This document shows, piece after piece, positions 8,301 to 16,819 of a stretch of 62,572 nucleotides of DNA. Source of the DNA: an uncultured Thermoleophilia bacterium (GTDB taxonomy: Bacteria; Actinomycetota; Thermoleophilia; UBA2241); assembly GCA_903862845.1 (NCBI GenBank), contig CAIOZS010000059.1:1-62572 (forward strand). Reading direction: 5' to 3'. Numbering within the stretch: position 1 is the first letter of the stretch; every line of letters begins with the position of its first letter. Below the pieces are notes generated by a model that made no database searches, was not told where the DNA came from, and saw only the letters and a program-made list of their open reading frames with translations. The translations under genes and the position numbers were made by a program.

Positions 8301-10777
8301 CAGGCGCCGTCATCCGGTTCGTCGAGCGCGATGGGATCGTCCTTGATGGGCGCCCACGTCCAGCCTTGGCCGAGCACGGCGTCGCGGACGTGCGGCACGA
8401 GGTCGGTCACGGTCTCGCGCAGCGGGTCGACGCGGCGCGGCTCGCGTACGTAGAGCGACTCGCGCGCCATGGTCGTGCGATTGTAGCCGGCGAGCTCGAA
8501 GAAGTCGCTCTGCTCGAGGGCGTCGTAGGGGCATACCTCCACGCACTCGCCGCAGAAGATGCAGCGACTCTCGTCGAGGTCGTAGCTCCCCAAGAGGCGC
8601 GGGTTGGTCTCGATGGAGCCGGTGGGGCAGGTTTCGGCGCACTTGCCGCACGAGACGCAGCCGACGAGCTGCAGCGGCAGGTTGTCGGCCGTGGAGACGA
8701 TGGTGTCGTAGCCGCGGCCCATGTTGTCGTAGCAGCTCGCGCCCACTTCCATGCGGCAGACGCGCACGCAGCGGCCGCAGTTGATGCAGCGGTTGGGCTC
8801 GCGCATGATGAAATCGTGGCGGAAATCGGCGGGGTAGTCGTGGGCCTCGCCGCCGTGAAAACGGTTCTTGAAGACCTCGTACTCGATGCCGTAGCGCTGC
8901 AGGTCGCACTTGCCGTTCGCCGGGCAGTAGCAGTCGAGGCACAGCTCGGCGCCGCGCACAGCCTCTTCTTCGCTGAAGCCCAGCTCGATCTGCTTGAAGT
9001 TGGTGCGCCGGTCCTCGGGCGCGCGCTTGGGCATCTCGGCGGGCGGGCTGGGCCGCGTCACGTCGGTGGTCATGTCGATGAACACCGGCGGGATCTCGGC
9101 CATGCGCGCAATGCGCGGATCGAGGTCGGTCCGGGACGTGAGCGCGTTGAAGAACGGCTGCGCCTTGAGCTCGGCGAGCGACTGCCCGAGCGCGGCCATG
9201 TCGGCGCCGCGCAGGTAGGCGTCCATGCTCCAGGCGGCCTTCTTGCCCTGGGCGACCGCCTGAATCACGGTCTGCGCGCCGAGCACCGCGTCGCCGCCGG
9301 CGAACACCCGCGGGTCGGCGGTTTGGAAGGTCCAGTCGTCGACGGCGATGGTGCGCCACTTGGTGCGCTTGACGCCCTGCTCCTCGCTGGTGCCGTCGAG
9401 CTTGGGGTACTGGCCGATCGCCGCGATGATCTGGTCGCACTCGACGATGAACTCGCTGCCTTCGATGGGTACGGGGCGGCGACGGCCGGAGGCGTCCGGC
9501 TCGCCGAGCTCCATGCGCAACATCTCGATGCCGGTGACCTTGTTGCTCGCGTTCGTGACGACCTTGACGGGCGCGCACAACAGCTCCAGCTTGACGCCCT
9601 CTTCCTCGGCCTCGTCCACCTCGCTGTGGTGGGCGGGCATCTCCTTGCGCGAGCGCCGGTAGAGACAGGTGACCTCTTCGGCGCCCTTGCGCACGGAGGT
9701 GCGGCAGGCGTCCATGGCGGTGAAGCCGCCGCCGATGACCGTGACCTTGTTCCCGACGTGGACCTCGCCGTTCAGCTCGAGATCGCCGAGAAAGTCGACC
9801 GCGGTGACGACGCCGTCGGCGTCTTCGCCGGGGATGCCCATGTCGTTGGAGTTGAAGGCACCCAGGGCCAGGAACACCGTGTCGTAGCCCTCGTCGAACA
9901 GATCCTCGAGCTGGTAGTCGACGCCGAGGCGACTGCCGACCTGGATCTCGACGCCCATGCGCCACAGTACGTTGATCTCCTTGTCGAGGAGGTCGCGCGG
10001 CAGGCGGTAGCTGGGGATGCCGTAGCGCAGCATGCCGCCCGGCTTGGGCAGCGCCTCGAAAATCTTGACCGCGTGCCCCTCGAGCCGCGCGTAGAAAGCG
10101 GCGGCGAGGCCGGCGGGGCCGCCGCCGACGATCGCGATGCGCTTGCCGGAGTCGGGCTTGGGCTCGACCGGCAGCAGCAGCTCGCCGGTCTGCTCCTCGT
10201 CGATGGTCTGATCTGCCATGAATCGGTGAAGCTGGCAGATCGTGATCGGGTGCTCGACGAGCTGCCGCCGGCAAGGACCCTCGCAGGGCCGCGGGCAGAC
10301 GCGTCCGAGCACGGCCGGGAAAGGCAGATCCTCGCGCAGCTTGCGCACGCCGTTCTTGTAGTCCTTGTGCGCGATGTAGTCGAGGAACTGCGGGATCTTG
10401 ATGTGCGTGGGGCAGGCGTCGCGGCAGGGCGGCGTGCAGAAGGAGTTGTGGTCGCTGAGCAGCAGCTCGAGGTACAGGTGACGCATGGCGCGCACCTTGT
10501 CGGTGTTCGTGTGCACGACCATACCGTCGGAGACGGCCGCCGAACAGCTCGGCAGCATCTTGCGCGCGCCCTCCACCTCGACGATGCACATGCGGCAAGC
10601 GGCGGTGGCCGGCAGCCGCGGCTCGTAGCAGAGCGTCGGGATATGGATGCCCACGCGCTGCGCCGCCTCGAGGATGGTGTCGCCGCGCTCGCCGGCGACC
10701 TCCTGACCATCGATGGTCAGGAGCACCTGGTCTGGACGCGCCTGCGTGCGCGTGACGTCGTCGGCGGTGGTGGCCAT
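8300..10777 (-). CDS. Fusion protein made of a NuoG/FdhA-type N-terminal [2Fe-2S], a GltD-type FAD/NAD(P)H oxidoreductase, a 2x[4Fe-4S] domain and a NuoI C-terminal half
   Basis: The N-terminus 'LTIDGQEVAGERGDTILEAA...CRMCIVEVEG' is a 2Fe-2S ferredoxin. The GltD part shows 'CPRPCEGPCRRQ', 'IAIVGGGPAGLAAAFYA..GGMLRYGIPSYRLP' and 'VTVIGGGFTAMD..YRRSRKEMPA'. The dicluster domain shows 'CINCGRCVRVC...CVSCGKCAETCPTGSI'. The last ~100 aa, 'SYDLDESRCIFCGECVEVCPYDALEQSDFFELAGYNRTTMARESLYV', match the second half of NuoI/TYKY. SD-like AAGGGGA lies before the ATG at 10777. Confidence 0.85.
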   Translation of the reverse strand: MATTADDVTRTQARPDQVLLTIDGQEVAGERGDTILEAAQRVGIHIPTLCYEPRLPATAACRMCIVEVEGARKMLPSCSAAVSDGMVVHTNTDKVRAMRHLYLELLLSDHNSFCTPPCRDACPTHIKIPQFLDYIAHKDYKNGVRKLREDLPFPAVLGRVCPRPCEGPCRRQLVEHPITICQLHRFMADQTIDEEQTGELLLPVEPKPDSGKRIAIVGGGPAGLAAAFYARLEGHAVKIFEALPKPGGMLRYGIPSYRLPRDLLDKEINVLWRMGVEIQVGSRLGVDYQLEDLFDEGYDTVFLALGAFNSNDMGIPGEDADGVVTAVDFLGDLELNGEVHVGNKVTVIGGGFTAMDACRTSVRKGAEEVTCLYRRSRKEMPAHHSEVDEAEEEGVKLELLCAPVKVVTNASNKVTGIEMLRMELGEPDASGRRRPVPIEGSEFIVECDQIIAAIGQYPKLDGTSEEQGVKRTKWRTIAVDDWTFQTADPRVFAGGDAVLGAQTVIQAVAQGKKAAWSMDAYLRGADMAALGQSLAELKAQPFFNALTSRTDLDPRIARMAEIPPVFIDMTTDVTRPSPPAEMPKRAPEDRRTNFKQIELGFSEEEAVRGAELCLDCYCPANGKCDLQRYGIEYEVFKNRFHGGEAHDYPADFRHDFIMREPNRCINCGRCVRVCRMEVGASCYDNMGRGYDTIVSTADNLPLQLVGCVSCGKCAETCPTGSIETNPRLLGSYDLDESRCIFCGECVEVCPYDALEQSDFFELAGYNRTTMARESLYVREPRRVDPLRETVTDLVPHVRDAVLGQGWTWAPIKDDPIALDEPDDGA

Positions 10778-10784
10778 CGTCCCC

Positions 10785-12689
10785 TTACGCTTTCTGACCG
10801 CTGGTCACGACGGCTTGCTCGATGCCCGAGCGCACCTTGACGGCGTCGAACTTGCACACCTGGCGGCAGGTGTCGCACTTGATGCACGCGCTCACGTCGA
10901 TCACGTGGGGCTGCTTCCGCTCGCCGCTGATGCAGTCGGTGGGGCATTTCTTGGCGCACAGCAGGCAGCCGGTGCAGGCCTCAGCGTCGATGTAGTACGT
11001 GATCAGCGCCTTGCACCTGCCGGCGGGGCAGCGCTTCTCGCTGACGTGCGCCTCGTACTCCTCACGGAAGTACTTGAGGGTGGTGAGCACGGGGTTGGGC
11101 GCGGTGCCGCCGAGCGCGCACAGCGTACCGTCGATGATGTAGTGGCTGAGCTCTTCGAGGAGCTCGATGTCGCCGGCCTGGCCGTCGCCGGCGATGATGC
11201 GGTCGAGCGTCTCGAGCATGCGCTTGGTGCCGAGGCGGCAGGGCACGCACTTGCCGCAAGACTCCTTCTGCGTGAAGTCGAGGAAGAAGCGCGCCAGGTC
11301 GACCATGCAGGTCTCGTCGTCGACCACGACCATGCCGCCGGAACCGACGATGGCGCCGGTCGCAGCGAGGCTCTCGTAGTCGACCGGCGTGTCGAGAAGG
11401 CTCGCCGGGATACAACCCCCCGACGGACCGCCGAGCTGCACGGCCTTGAACTGCCGGCCGTTCTTGATGCCGCCGCCGACGTCGAAGATCAGGTGACGCA
11501 GGCTCGTGCCCATCGGCACTTCGACGAGCCCGCCGTTCACGACCTTCCCGGCCAGGCTGAAGGCCTTCGTGCCGCGGCAGTGCTCGACGCCCAGCGCCGC
11601 GTAGGCGTCGGCGCCGTGCATGATGATCCAGGGGATGTTGGCGAAGGTTTCGACGTTGTTGATGTTGGTGGGCTTGCCCCACAGTCCCGACACCGCGGGA
11701 AACGGCGGGCGCGTGCGCGGCATGCCGCGCTTGCCTTCGATGCTGGCGATGAGCGCGGTCTCCTCGCCGCAGACAAAGGCGCCGGCGCCAAGCTTGAGGT
11801 GCAGGTTGAGCTCCCAGCCGCTGCCGAAGGCGTCCTTGCCGAGATAGCCGCGCGCTTCGGCGTCGGCGACGGCCTTGGTGAGGCGCTTCACGGCCAGCGG
11901 GTACTCGGCGCGCACGTACACGTAGCCCTCGTGCGCGCCGATCGCGTAGCTGCCGATGATCATGCCTTCGATGACGGCGTGCGGGTCGCCCTCGAGGATC
12001 GAGCAGTCCATGAACGCCCCGGGATCGCCCTCGTCGGCGTTGCAGATGATGTACTTCTCGTCGCTGCGGCTCTGGCTCGCGAACTTCCACTTGACGCCCG
12101 TGGGAAAGCCGGCGCCGCCGCGGCCGCGGATGCCCGAGTCGGTGACGTGTTCCACGATCCACTCGGGCGTCTGCTCGGTGAGGGCCATGCGCGCGGCCTC
12201 GTAACCGCCGCGCGCCAGATACTCCTCGATGCTCTCGGGGTCGATGACGCCCACGTCACGCAGGGCGATGCGCGTCTGCTGCTTGTAGAAGCCGATCTCG
12301 TGCCAGTCGCGGATGCGCACGCCGGTCTGGGCGTCCCTGTAGAGGAACTTCTCGACGGGCGCGCCGCCCTTGAGGTGCTCCTCGACGACCCTGCCGACGT
12401 CGTCGGGGCGCAGGTGGCCGTAGAGGGTGTCGTCGCTGAGCACGACCACCGGGCTCATGGAGCACAGGCCGTGGCAGCCGATGATCGAGACTTCCACGCG
12501 GTCGCCGAGGCCGGCCGTCTGGACCTCCTCGACAAAGGCGTCGTGGACGGCCAGCGAGCCCGCAAACACGCAGGCGGTGCCTGCGCAGACGGTGACCCGG
12601 TAGCCGCCGCCGGGCCGCCGGGCGACGCGCACGTTGCGCGCGTCGGTCTCGTTTGTCGTCACGTCGCCTGTCATGCTGTCCTCGCTCAC
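10785..12689 (-). CDS. NuoF-like FMN/NADH-binding subunit of HydB/HoxF/FdsB type, with an extra N-terminal thioredoxin-like [2Fe-2S] and a C-terminal 2x[4Fe-4S] domain
   Basis: 'GIRGRGGAGFPTGVKWKF' marks the FMN site. 'NADEGDPGAFMD' and 'ESCGKCVPCRLGTKRM' mark the N3-type cluster. The N-terminal 'VCAGTAC...GCHGLCSMSP' has the Cx4C...Cx3C pattern. The C-terminal 'CTGCLLCAKKCP' and 'CIKCDTCRQVC' form the dicluster. GTGA overlap with the upstream gene. Confidence 0.88.
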   Translation of the reverse strand: MSEDSMTGDVTTNETDARNVRVARRPGGGYRVTVCAGTACVFAGSLAVHDAFVEEVQTAGLGDRVEVSIIGCHGLCSMSPVVVLSDDTLYGHLRPDDVGRVVEEHLKGGAPVEKFLYRDAQTGVRIRDWHEIGFYKQQTRIALRDVGVIDPESIEEYLARGGYEAARMALTEQTPEWIVEHVTDSGIRGRGGAGFPTGVKWKFASQSRSDEKYIICNADEGDPGAFMDCSILEGDPHAVIEGMIIGSYAIGAHEGYVYVRAEYPLAVKRLTKAVADAEARGYLGKDAFGSGWELNLHLKLGAGAFVCGEETALIASIEGKRGMPRTRPPFPAVSGLWGKPTNINNVETFANIPWIIMHGADAYAALGVEHCRGTKAFSLAGKVVNGGLVEVPMGTSLRHLIFDVGGGIKNGRQFKAVQLGGPSGGCIPASLLDTPVDYESLAATGAIVGSGGMVVVDDETCMVDLARFFLDFTQKESCGKCVPCRLGTKRMLETLDRIIAGDGQAGDIELLEELSHYIIDGTLCALGGTAPNPVLTTLKYFREEYEAHVSEKRCPAGRCKALITYYIDAEACTGCLLCAKKCPTDCISGERKQPHVIDVSACIKCDTCRQVCKFDAVKVRSGIEQAVVTSGQKA

Positions 12690-13447
12690 CCTTTCTCGGC
12701 GCCGATCTCATGCATGAGATCGCGGATGATCTTGCGCGTCTTGTCGGGGGTGAGGCCGCCGTAGGTCATGGCGCCGATGCGCATCACCGGAGCCTGAGAG
12801 CACGCCCCCATGCAGGCCACCGAGGACAGCGTGAACTTCATGTCGCTGGTGGTCTTGCCGTCGGGGACGCCGAGCTCTTCCTCCAGGGCTTCGGTAATCT
12901 GCACGGCTCCCGCCACGTGGCAGGCCGTGCCGTGGCATACGTCGATGATGTGCTCGCCCACCGGCGAGAGGCGGAACTGGTTGTAGAAGCTGGAGACGCC
13001 GTAGATCTGCGACAGCGATACGCCGGTCTGCAGCGAGATCTCCTGGATCGCGAGGCGCGGCAGATACCCGTACGCCTCCTGCGCGTTCTGCAGCATGGCG
13101 ATGAGGCCGGTGCCGTGCTCGTAGTAGTCGTCGAGCACCGGCTGCAGCGGCTTGAGGTCGACGCCGGGCTGCGCGGCGAGGCGCGCCTCGGCGAGGCGCG
13201 CCGCGTTGGGCACGGGCAGCAAATACTTGCTCGTGTAGTTGACGCGGATGACCTGCACGGGGCAGTTGCTCTCGCAGAGCGTGCAGGAGCGGCAGCGCGG
13301 CTCGCCGCCGGCGGGGTCGACAACCACGCGAAAGAGGCCGCGGCTACGCTCGGGCAGCCGTTCGCGCTGCTCCGGGTACTGGACGGTGATCTTCCTCATC
13401 GGCAGATGCTTGAGGGTGGTGCGCATGGCCTTGAACATGCCGAGCAT
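12686..13447 (-). CDS. Fusion protein: NuoI N-terminal half (one 4Fe-4S motif) joined to a NuoE-type thioredoxin-like [2Fe-2S] domain
   Basis: The N-terminus 'MRKITVQYPEQRERLPERSRGLFRV...CRSCTLCESNCPVQVI' matches the NuoI/Nqo9 N-terminal region but carries only one CxxCxxCxxxCP. The C-terminal part, 'LQNAQEAYGYLP...VSSFYNQFRL...DVCHGTACHVAGA...VACMGACSQAPVM', is NuoE-like. ATGA overlap with the nuoH stop. Confidence 0.85.
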   Translation of the reverse strand: MLGMFKAMRTTLKHLPMRKITVQYPEQRERLPERSRGLFRVVVDPAGGEPRCRSCTLCESNCPVQVIRVNYTSKYLLPVPNAARLAEARLAAQPGVDLKPLQPVLDDYYEHGTGLIAMLQNAQEAYGYLPRLAIQEISLQTGVSLSQIYGVSSFYNQFRLSPVGEHIIDVCHGTACHVAGAVQITEALEEELGVPDGKTTSDMKFTLSSVACMGACSQAPVMRIGAMTYGGLTPDKTRKIIRDLMHEIGAEKG

Positions 13448-14565
13448 CAGGCGTTCACCACCGGAAGACGGTCACGCTGCCGGCGCAGGCGCCACTTGAG
13501 GATGGGGTCGAGCAGGACCACGAACGCGAAGAAAGCGACCCAGCTGAATACGGCCATGCCCAGCTTCCAGTGCGGGATCCACAGCATGACGGCCGCCGTG
13601 GCGAGGATGTTGAGCAGGCCCAGCGGGATGAGGATCTTCCAGGCGAATGCCATGAGCTGGTCGACCTGGAGGCGCGGCAGCGAGAGGCGGATCCAGACCA
13701 GCGCGAAGACGAGGATGTAGACCTTGATCAGGAACCAGATGATGCCGATCCACGACACGCCCCAGAAGACGACGGCGCCGGCGAACGGCCCCTGCCAGCC
13801 GCCGAAGAACAGCGTGACGGCGATCATCGACATGATGGTGAGGCCGGCGTACTCGTTGAGGAAGAACATGCCGAAGCGCATCCCCGAGTACTCGGTGCCG
13901 TAGCCCGAGACCAGCTCGGACTCGGACTCGGGCAGGTCGAACGGGCCGCGGTTCAGCTCGGCGATGGAGGAGATGTAGAAGATGAGGAACGTGAAGGGCG
14001 CGTAGAACGCGATCCACTGGTAGCCGGCCTGGGCGGCGACGACGTCGCCGATGCGCAGCGAGCCCGCGATCATGGCGACGATGAGCAAGCCGAGGATCAT
14101 GGGGATCTCGTAGGAGATCATCTGGGCGGCGGCGCGCAGCGCGCCGACCAGCGAGTACTTGTTGCGCGACGACCAGCCGCCGAGAAGGATGGCCATCGTC
14201 GTGAAGCCGGTGATGGCGACGATGAAGATGAGCCCGACGTCGAGGCCGGTGGCCGTCATGCCGCTGGTGTACGGGATCACGAGCTGCACGGCGACGGCGC
14301 CGATCATGACCATGATCGGCGCCAGAGTGAACAGCACGGGGTCGGCAAGGAGCGGACGAAAGTCCTCCTTGCCCATCATCTTGAAGGCGTCGGCGATGCT
14401 CTGCAGCACGCCGTGCGGCCCGGTGCGGTTGGGGCCGTGCCGATCCTGCATGAAAGCCAGAACGCGGCGCTCGAAGACGATGTTGACAAGCGCCGCCACG
14501 AACACCACCGCATAGGCGATGACGACAAAGACCACGGCGCGGAGGATGGCGAGGAAGGTGTCCAC
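13447..14565 (-). CDS. nuoH: NADH-quinone oxidoreductase subunit H
   Basis: 'ERRVLAFMQDRHGPNRTGPHGVLQSIADAFKMMGKEDF' and 'SELVSGYGTEYSGMRFGMFFLNEY' are NuoH/ND1 signatures. The GTG start lies 1 nt after the nuoD stop. Confidence 0.94.
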   Translation of the reverse strand: MDTFLAILRAVVFVVIAYAVVFVAALVNIVFERRVLAFMQDRHGPNRTGPHGVLQSIADAFKMMGKEDFRPLLADPVLFTLAPIMVMIGAVAVQLVIPYTSGMTATGLDVGLIFIVAITGFTTMAILLGGWSSRNKYSLVGALRAAAQMISYEIPMILGLLIVAMIAGSLRIGDVVAAQAGYQWIAFYAPFTFLIFYISSIAELNRGPFDLPESESELVSGYGTEYSGMRFGMFFLNEYAGLTIMSMIAVTLFFGGWQGPFAGAVVFWGVSWIGIIWFLIKVYILVFALVWIRLSLPRLQVDQLMAFAWKILIPLGLLNILATAAVMLWIPHWKLGMAVFSWVAFFAFVVLLDPILKWRLRRQRDRLPVVNA

Positions 14566-14566
14566 G

Positions 14567-15781
14567 CTAGCGGTCGATACCTCCGAGCACCAGGTCGATG
14601 CTGCCCGAGATGGCCACCGCGTCGGCGATCTTGTTGCCGCGTAGAAGCTTGGGGAAGAGCTGCAGGTTGCAGAAGCACGGGTCGCGAAACTTGAGCCGGT
14701 ACGGGTACCGCGACCCGTCGCTGACGATGTACGTGCCGTACTCGCCGCGCGGGTTCTCCTGGCCGGTGTAGCACTCGCCCGGCGGCGGCGTGATGACGTA
14801 GGGGGCGCGCAGAGAGCCGAGCTGCACAGGGCCTTTGGGCAGCATGTCGAGCGCCTGCTCGACGATCTTGACCGACTCGCGCATCTCGTCCATGCGCACC
14901 TGATAGCGGTCGAAGACGTCGCCGTGGCTCTCGGTGCACACCTTGAAGTCGAGCTCGGGGTACACGGAGTACGGGCGCGTGCGCCGCAGGTCGTGAGCGA
15001 CGCCCGAGGCGCGCGCGCACGGACCGGTGATGCCGTAGTCGATCACGTCCTGCTGGGTGATGACGCCCTTGCCGACGCAGCGCTGCAGGAAGATGGCGTT
15101 GTCCTGCACCAGCGACTCGTACTCGTCGATGAGCTTGGGCAGCCGCTTCATGAGGTCGCGGCATTTCTCGACCCAGCCGTCGGGCAGGTCGTAGCGCAGC
15201 CCGCCGAAGCGGAAGTAGTTGAACATCATGCGCGCGCCGCTGACCTCCTCGAGGAGGTCGAGGATGTATTCGCGGTCGCGGAACATGTAGAAGACCATGG
15301 CGGTGCCGAGCGGCGCCAGGTCGGCGGTGAAGGTGCCGACCGCGACCTGGTGGCTGGCGATCCGGTTGAGCTCGGCCATGATGACGCGGATGACCTCCGC
15401 GCGCCGCGGCGGCCGGATCCCGGCGAGCTTCTCGACGGTCATCACGTAGCCCCACTCGCAGTTCATGCCGGCCACGTACTCGGTGCGGTCGACGATGGGG
15501 ATGTACTGATAGTACGTGCGCTTCTCGGCGAGCTTCTCTTTGCAGCGATGCAGGTAGCCAATGACGGGGATGACGTCTTTGACGAGCTCGCCGTCGAGCG
15601 TGACGACGAGCCGCAGCACGCCGTGCGTGCTGGGGTGCTGCGGCCCCATGTTGACCACCACTTCGTTGAAGGCGAGGCCCTCGACGTTGGAGCCCTCGCC
15701 GCGGGCCGTCGACTCCTCGATGCGGCGCAGCGCGAGCTTGACGGCCTCGTCGGGTTCGGGCGTGGCGAACTGGTCAAGCAT
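14567..15781 (-). CDS. nuoD: NADH-quinone oxidoreductase subunit D
   Basis: 'VVNMGPQHPSTHGVLRLVVTLDGE' and the C-terminal 'ISGSIDLVLGGIDR'. The track ORF extends to 15910 across nuoC. The ATG at 15781 (MLDQF) overlaps the nuoC stop by 8 nt and gives a normal 404-aa NuoD. Confidence 0.93.
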   Translation of the reverse strand: MLDQFATPEPDEAVKLALRRIEESTARGEGSNVEGLAFNEVVVNMGPQHPSTHGVLRLVVTLDGELVKDVIPVIGYLHRCKEKLAEKRTYYQYIPIVDRTEYVAGMNCEWGYVMTVEKLAGIRPPRRAEVIRVIMAELNRIASHQVAVGTFTADLAPLGTAMVFYMFRDREYILDLLEEVSGARMMFNYFRFGGLRYDLPDGWVEKCRDLMKRLPKLIDEYESLVQDNAIFLQRCVGKGVITQQDVIDYGITGPCARASGVAHDLRRTRPYSVYPELDFKVCTESHGDVFDRYQVRMDEMRESVKIVEQALDMLPKGPVQLGSLRAPYVITPPPGECYTGQENPRGEYGTYIVSDGSRYPYRLKFRDPCFCNLQLFPKLLRGNKIADAVAISGSIDLVLGGIDR

Positions 15782-16268
15782 GCGGGTGGTTTTCCACGAG
15801 GTCGACGTAGTCTTTGCGCAGCGGATGCCCGACGAAGTCGTCCTTGAGCAGAATGCGGCGCAGGTCGGGATGCCCGAGATACCTGATCCCGACCATGTCC
15901 CACGACTCACGCTCGTGCCAGTCGGCGGCCGGCCACACGTCGCAGACGGTGTCGATCTCGGCCCTGGACTTGGGCACCTCGACGTGAAGCTCCAGGTACG
16001 TGTTGGTCTTCCAGGAGTACACGTGGTACACGCTCTCCAGGTGCCTGAGCCTGTCGACGCCGGCGACGAAATTGAGCGTCTCGTAGCCGATCTCGGGGTG
16101 CGCTTTGAGGCGCCGGGCCACGTCCTTGAGGGCGGCGCGGTCGCAGCGCGCCACGACCGTATCGGGCTCCTGCACGCGCACGTCCGTGAGCGCGGCGGCG
16201 AAGTCGGCGACGAGGCGCGCGGCGATGGCGTCCATGTCCATGGGGTTGGTGCCGATCTCGAGGCCCAC
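15774..16268 (-). CDS. nuoC: NADH-quinone oxidoreductase subunit C
   Basis: 164-aa protein with the 30-kDa subunit signature 'ADWHERESWDMVGIRYLGHPDLRRILL'. Confidence 0.9.
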   Translation of the reverse strand: MGLEIGTNPMDMDAIAARLVADFAAALTDVRVQEPDTVVARCDRAALKDVARRLKAHPEIGYETLNFVAGVDRLRHLESVYHVYSWKTNTYLELHVEVPKSRAEIDTVCDVWPAADWHERESWDMVGIRYLGHPDLRRILLKDDFVGHPLRKDYVDLVENHPHA

Positions 16269-16270
16269 GG

Positions 16271-16819
16271 TCAGGCCTCCCCGGCGGCGGCCGGCGGCGG
16301 CGTCAGGGCGGCCGGCCTTGGGGTCTCGGCGACGAACTTGTGCTGCTGGATCTTGACCTGCAGCTCCAGCAGCCCCTGGAACAGCGCCTCGGGGCGCGGC
16401 GGGCAGCCCGGGATGTAGACGTCGACGGGCACGATCTTGTCGACCCCGTTGACCACGTTGTAGCCGTCATAGAAAGGCCCGCCGCTGGTGGCGCAGGCGC
16501 CCATGCTGATGACCCACTTGGGCTCCGACATCTGGTCGTAGAGACGCTTGAGGACAGGCGCCATCTTCTCGTTGACGGTGCCGGCGACGATCATGAGGTC
16601 GCACTGGCGCGGCGTGGGCCGGAAGACCTCCATGCCGTACCGCGCGACATCGAAGCGCGCGAAACCGGAGCTCAGCATCTCGATGGCGCAGCAGGCGAGC
16701 CCGTAGGTGAACGGGAAGACAGAGTGCGAGCGCGCCCAGCTGAAGATGAAGTCGGCGGTCGTGGTGATGACGTTGGGCTCCTGGAAGTGCTCCAGCTTGG
16801 GGTAGCGCATCAGGCCCAT
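16271..16819 (-). CDS. nuoB: NADH-quinone oxidoreductase subunit B
   Basis: '[14 protein letters not shown]', '[14 protein letters not shown]' and '[15 protein letters not shown]' supply the N2 cluster ligands. This is the C-terminal 182 aa of track ORF 16271..17440. The ATG at 16819 overlaps the nuoA stop. Confidence 0.93.
   Translation of the reverse strand: MGLMRYPKLEHFQEPNVITTTADFIFSWARSHSVFPFTYGLACCAIEMLSSGFARFDVARYGMEVFRPTPRQCDLMIVAGTVNEKMAPVLKRLYDQMSEPKWVISMGACATSGGPFYDGYNVVNGVDKIVPVDVYIPGCPPRPEALFQGLLELQVKIQQHKFVAETPRPAALTPPPAAAGEA

Noticed and set aside
2410-12764. Very long plus-strand ORFs 2410..5184 (924 aa), 5513..7486 (657 aa), 8366..10840 (824 aa) and 10713..12764 (683 aa)
   Set aside because: They are antisense shadows of the nuo genes. 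Their translations are low-complexity R/D/E/H/G/A-rich strings with no recognisable motifs. The opposite strand encodes textbook NuoN/M/L and Fe-S/flavoprotein sequences. Long open antisense frames are expected at this GC content.
15782-15910. N-terminal 43-aa extension of the nuoD track ORF; similar extensions of nuoB (16820..17440) and nuoA (17179..17346)
   Set aside because: The extensions overlap the preceding, well-supported nuo genes or the promoter region in another frame and have non-protein-like composition. Internal ATGs give normal-length subunits with short overlaps typical of this operon.
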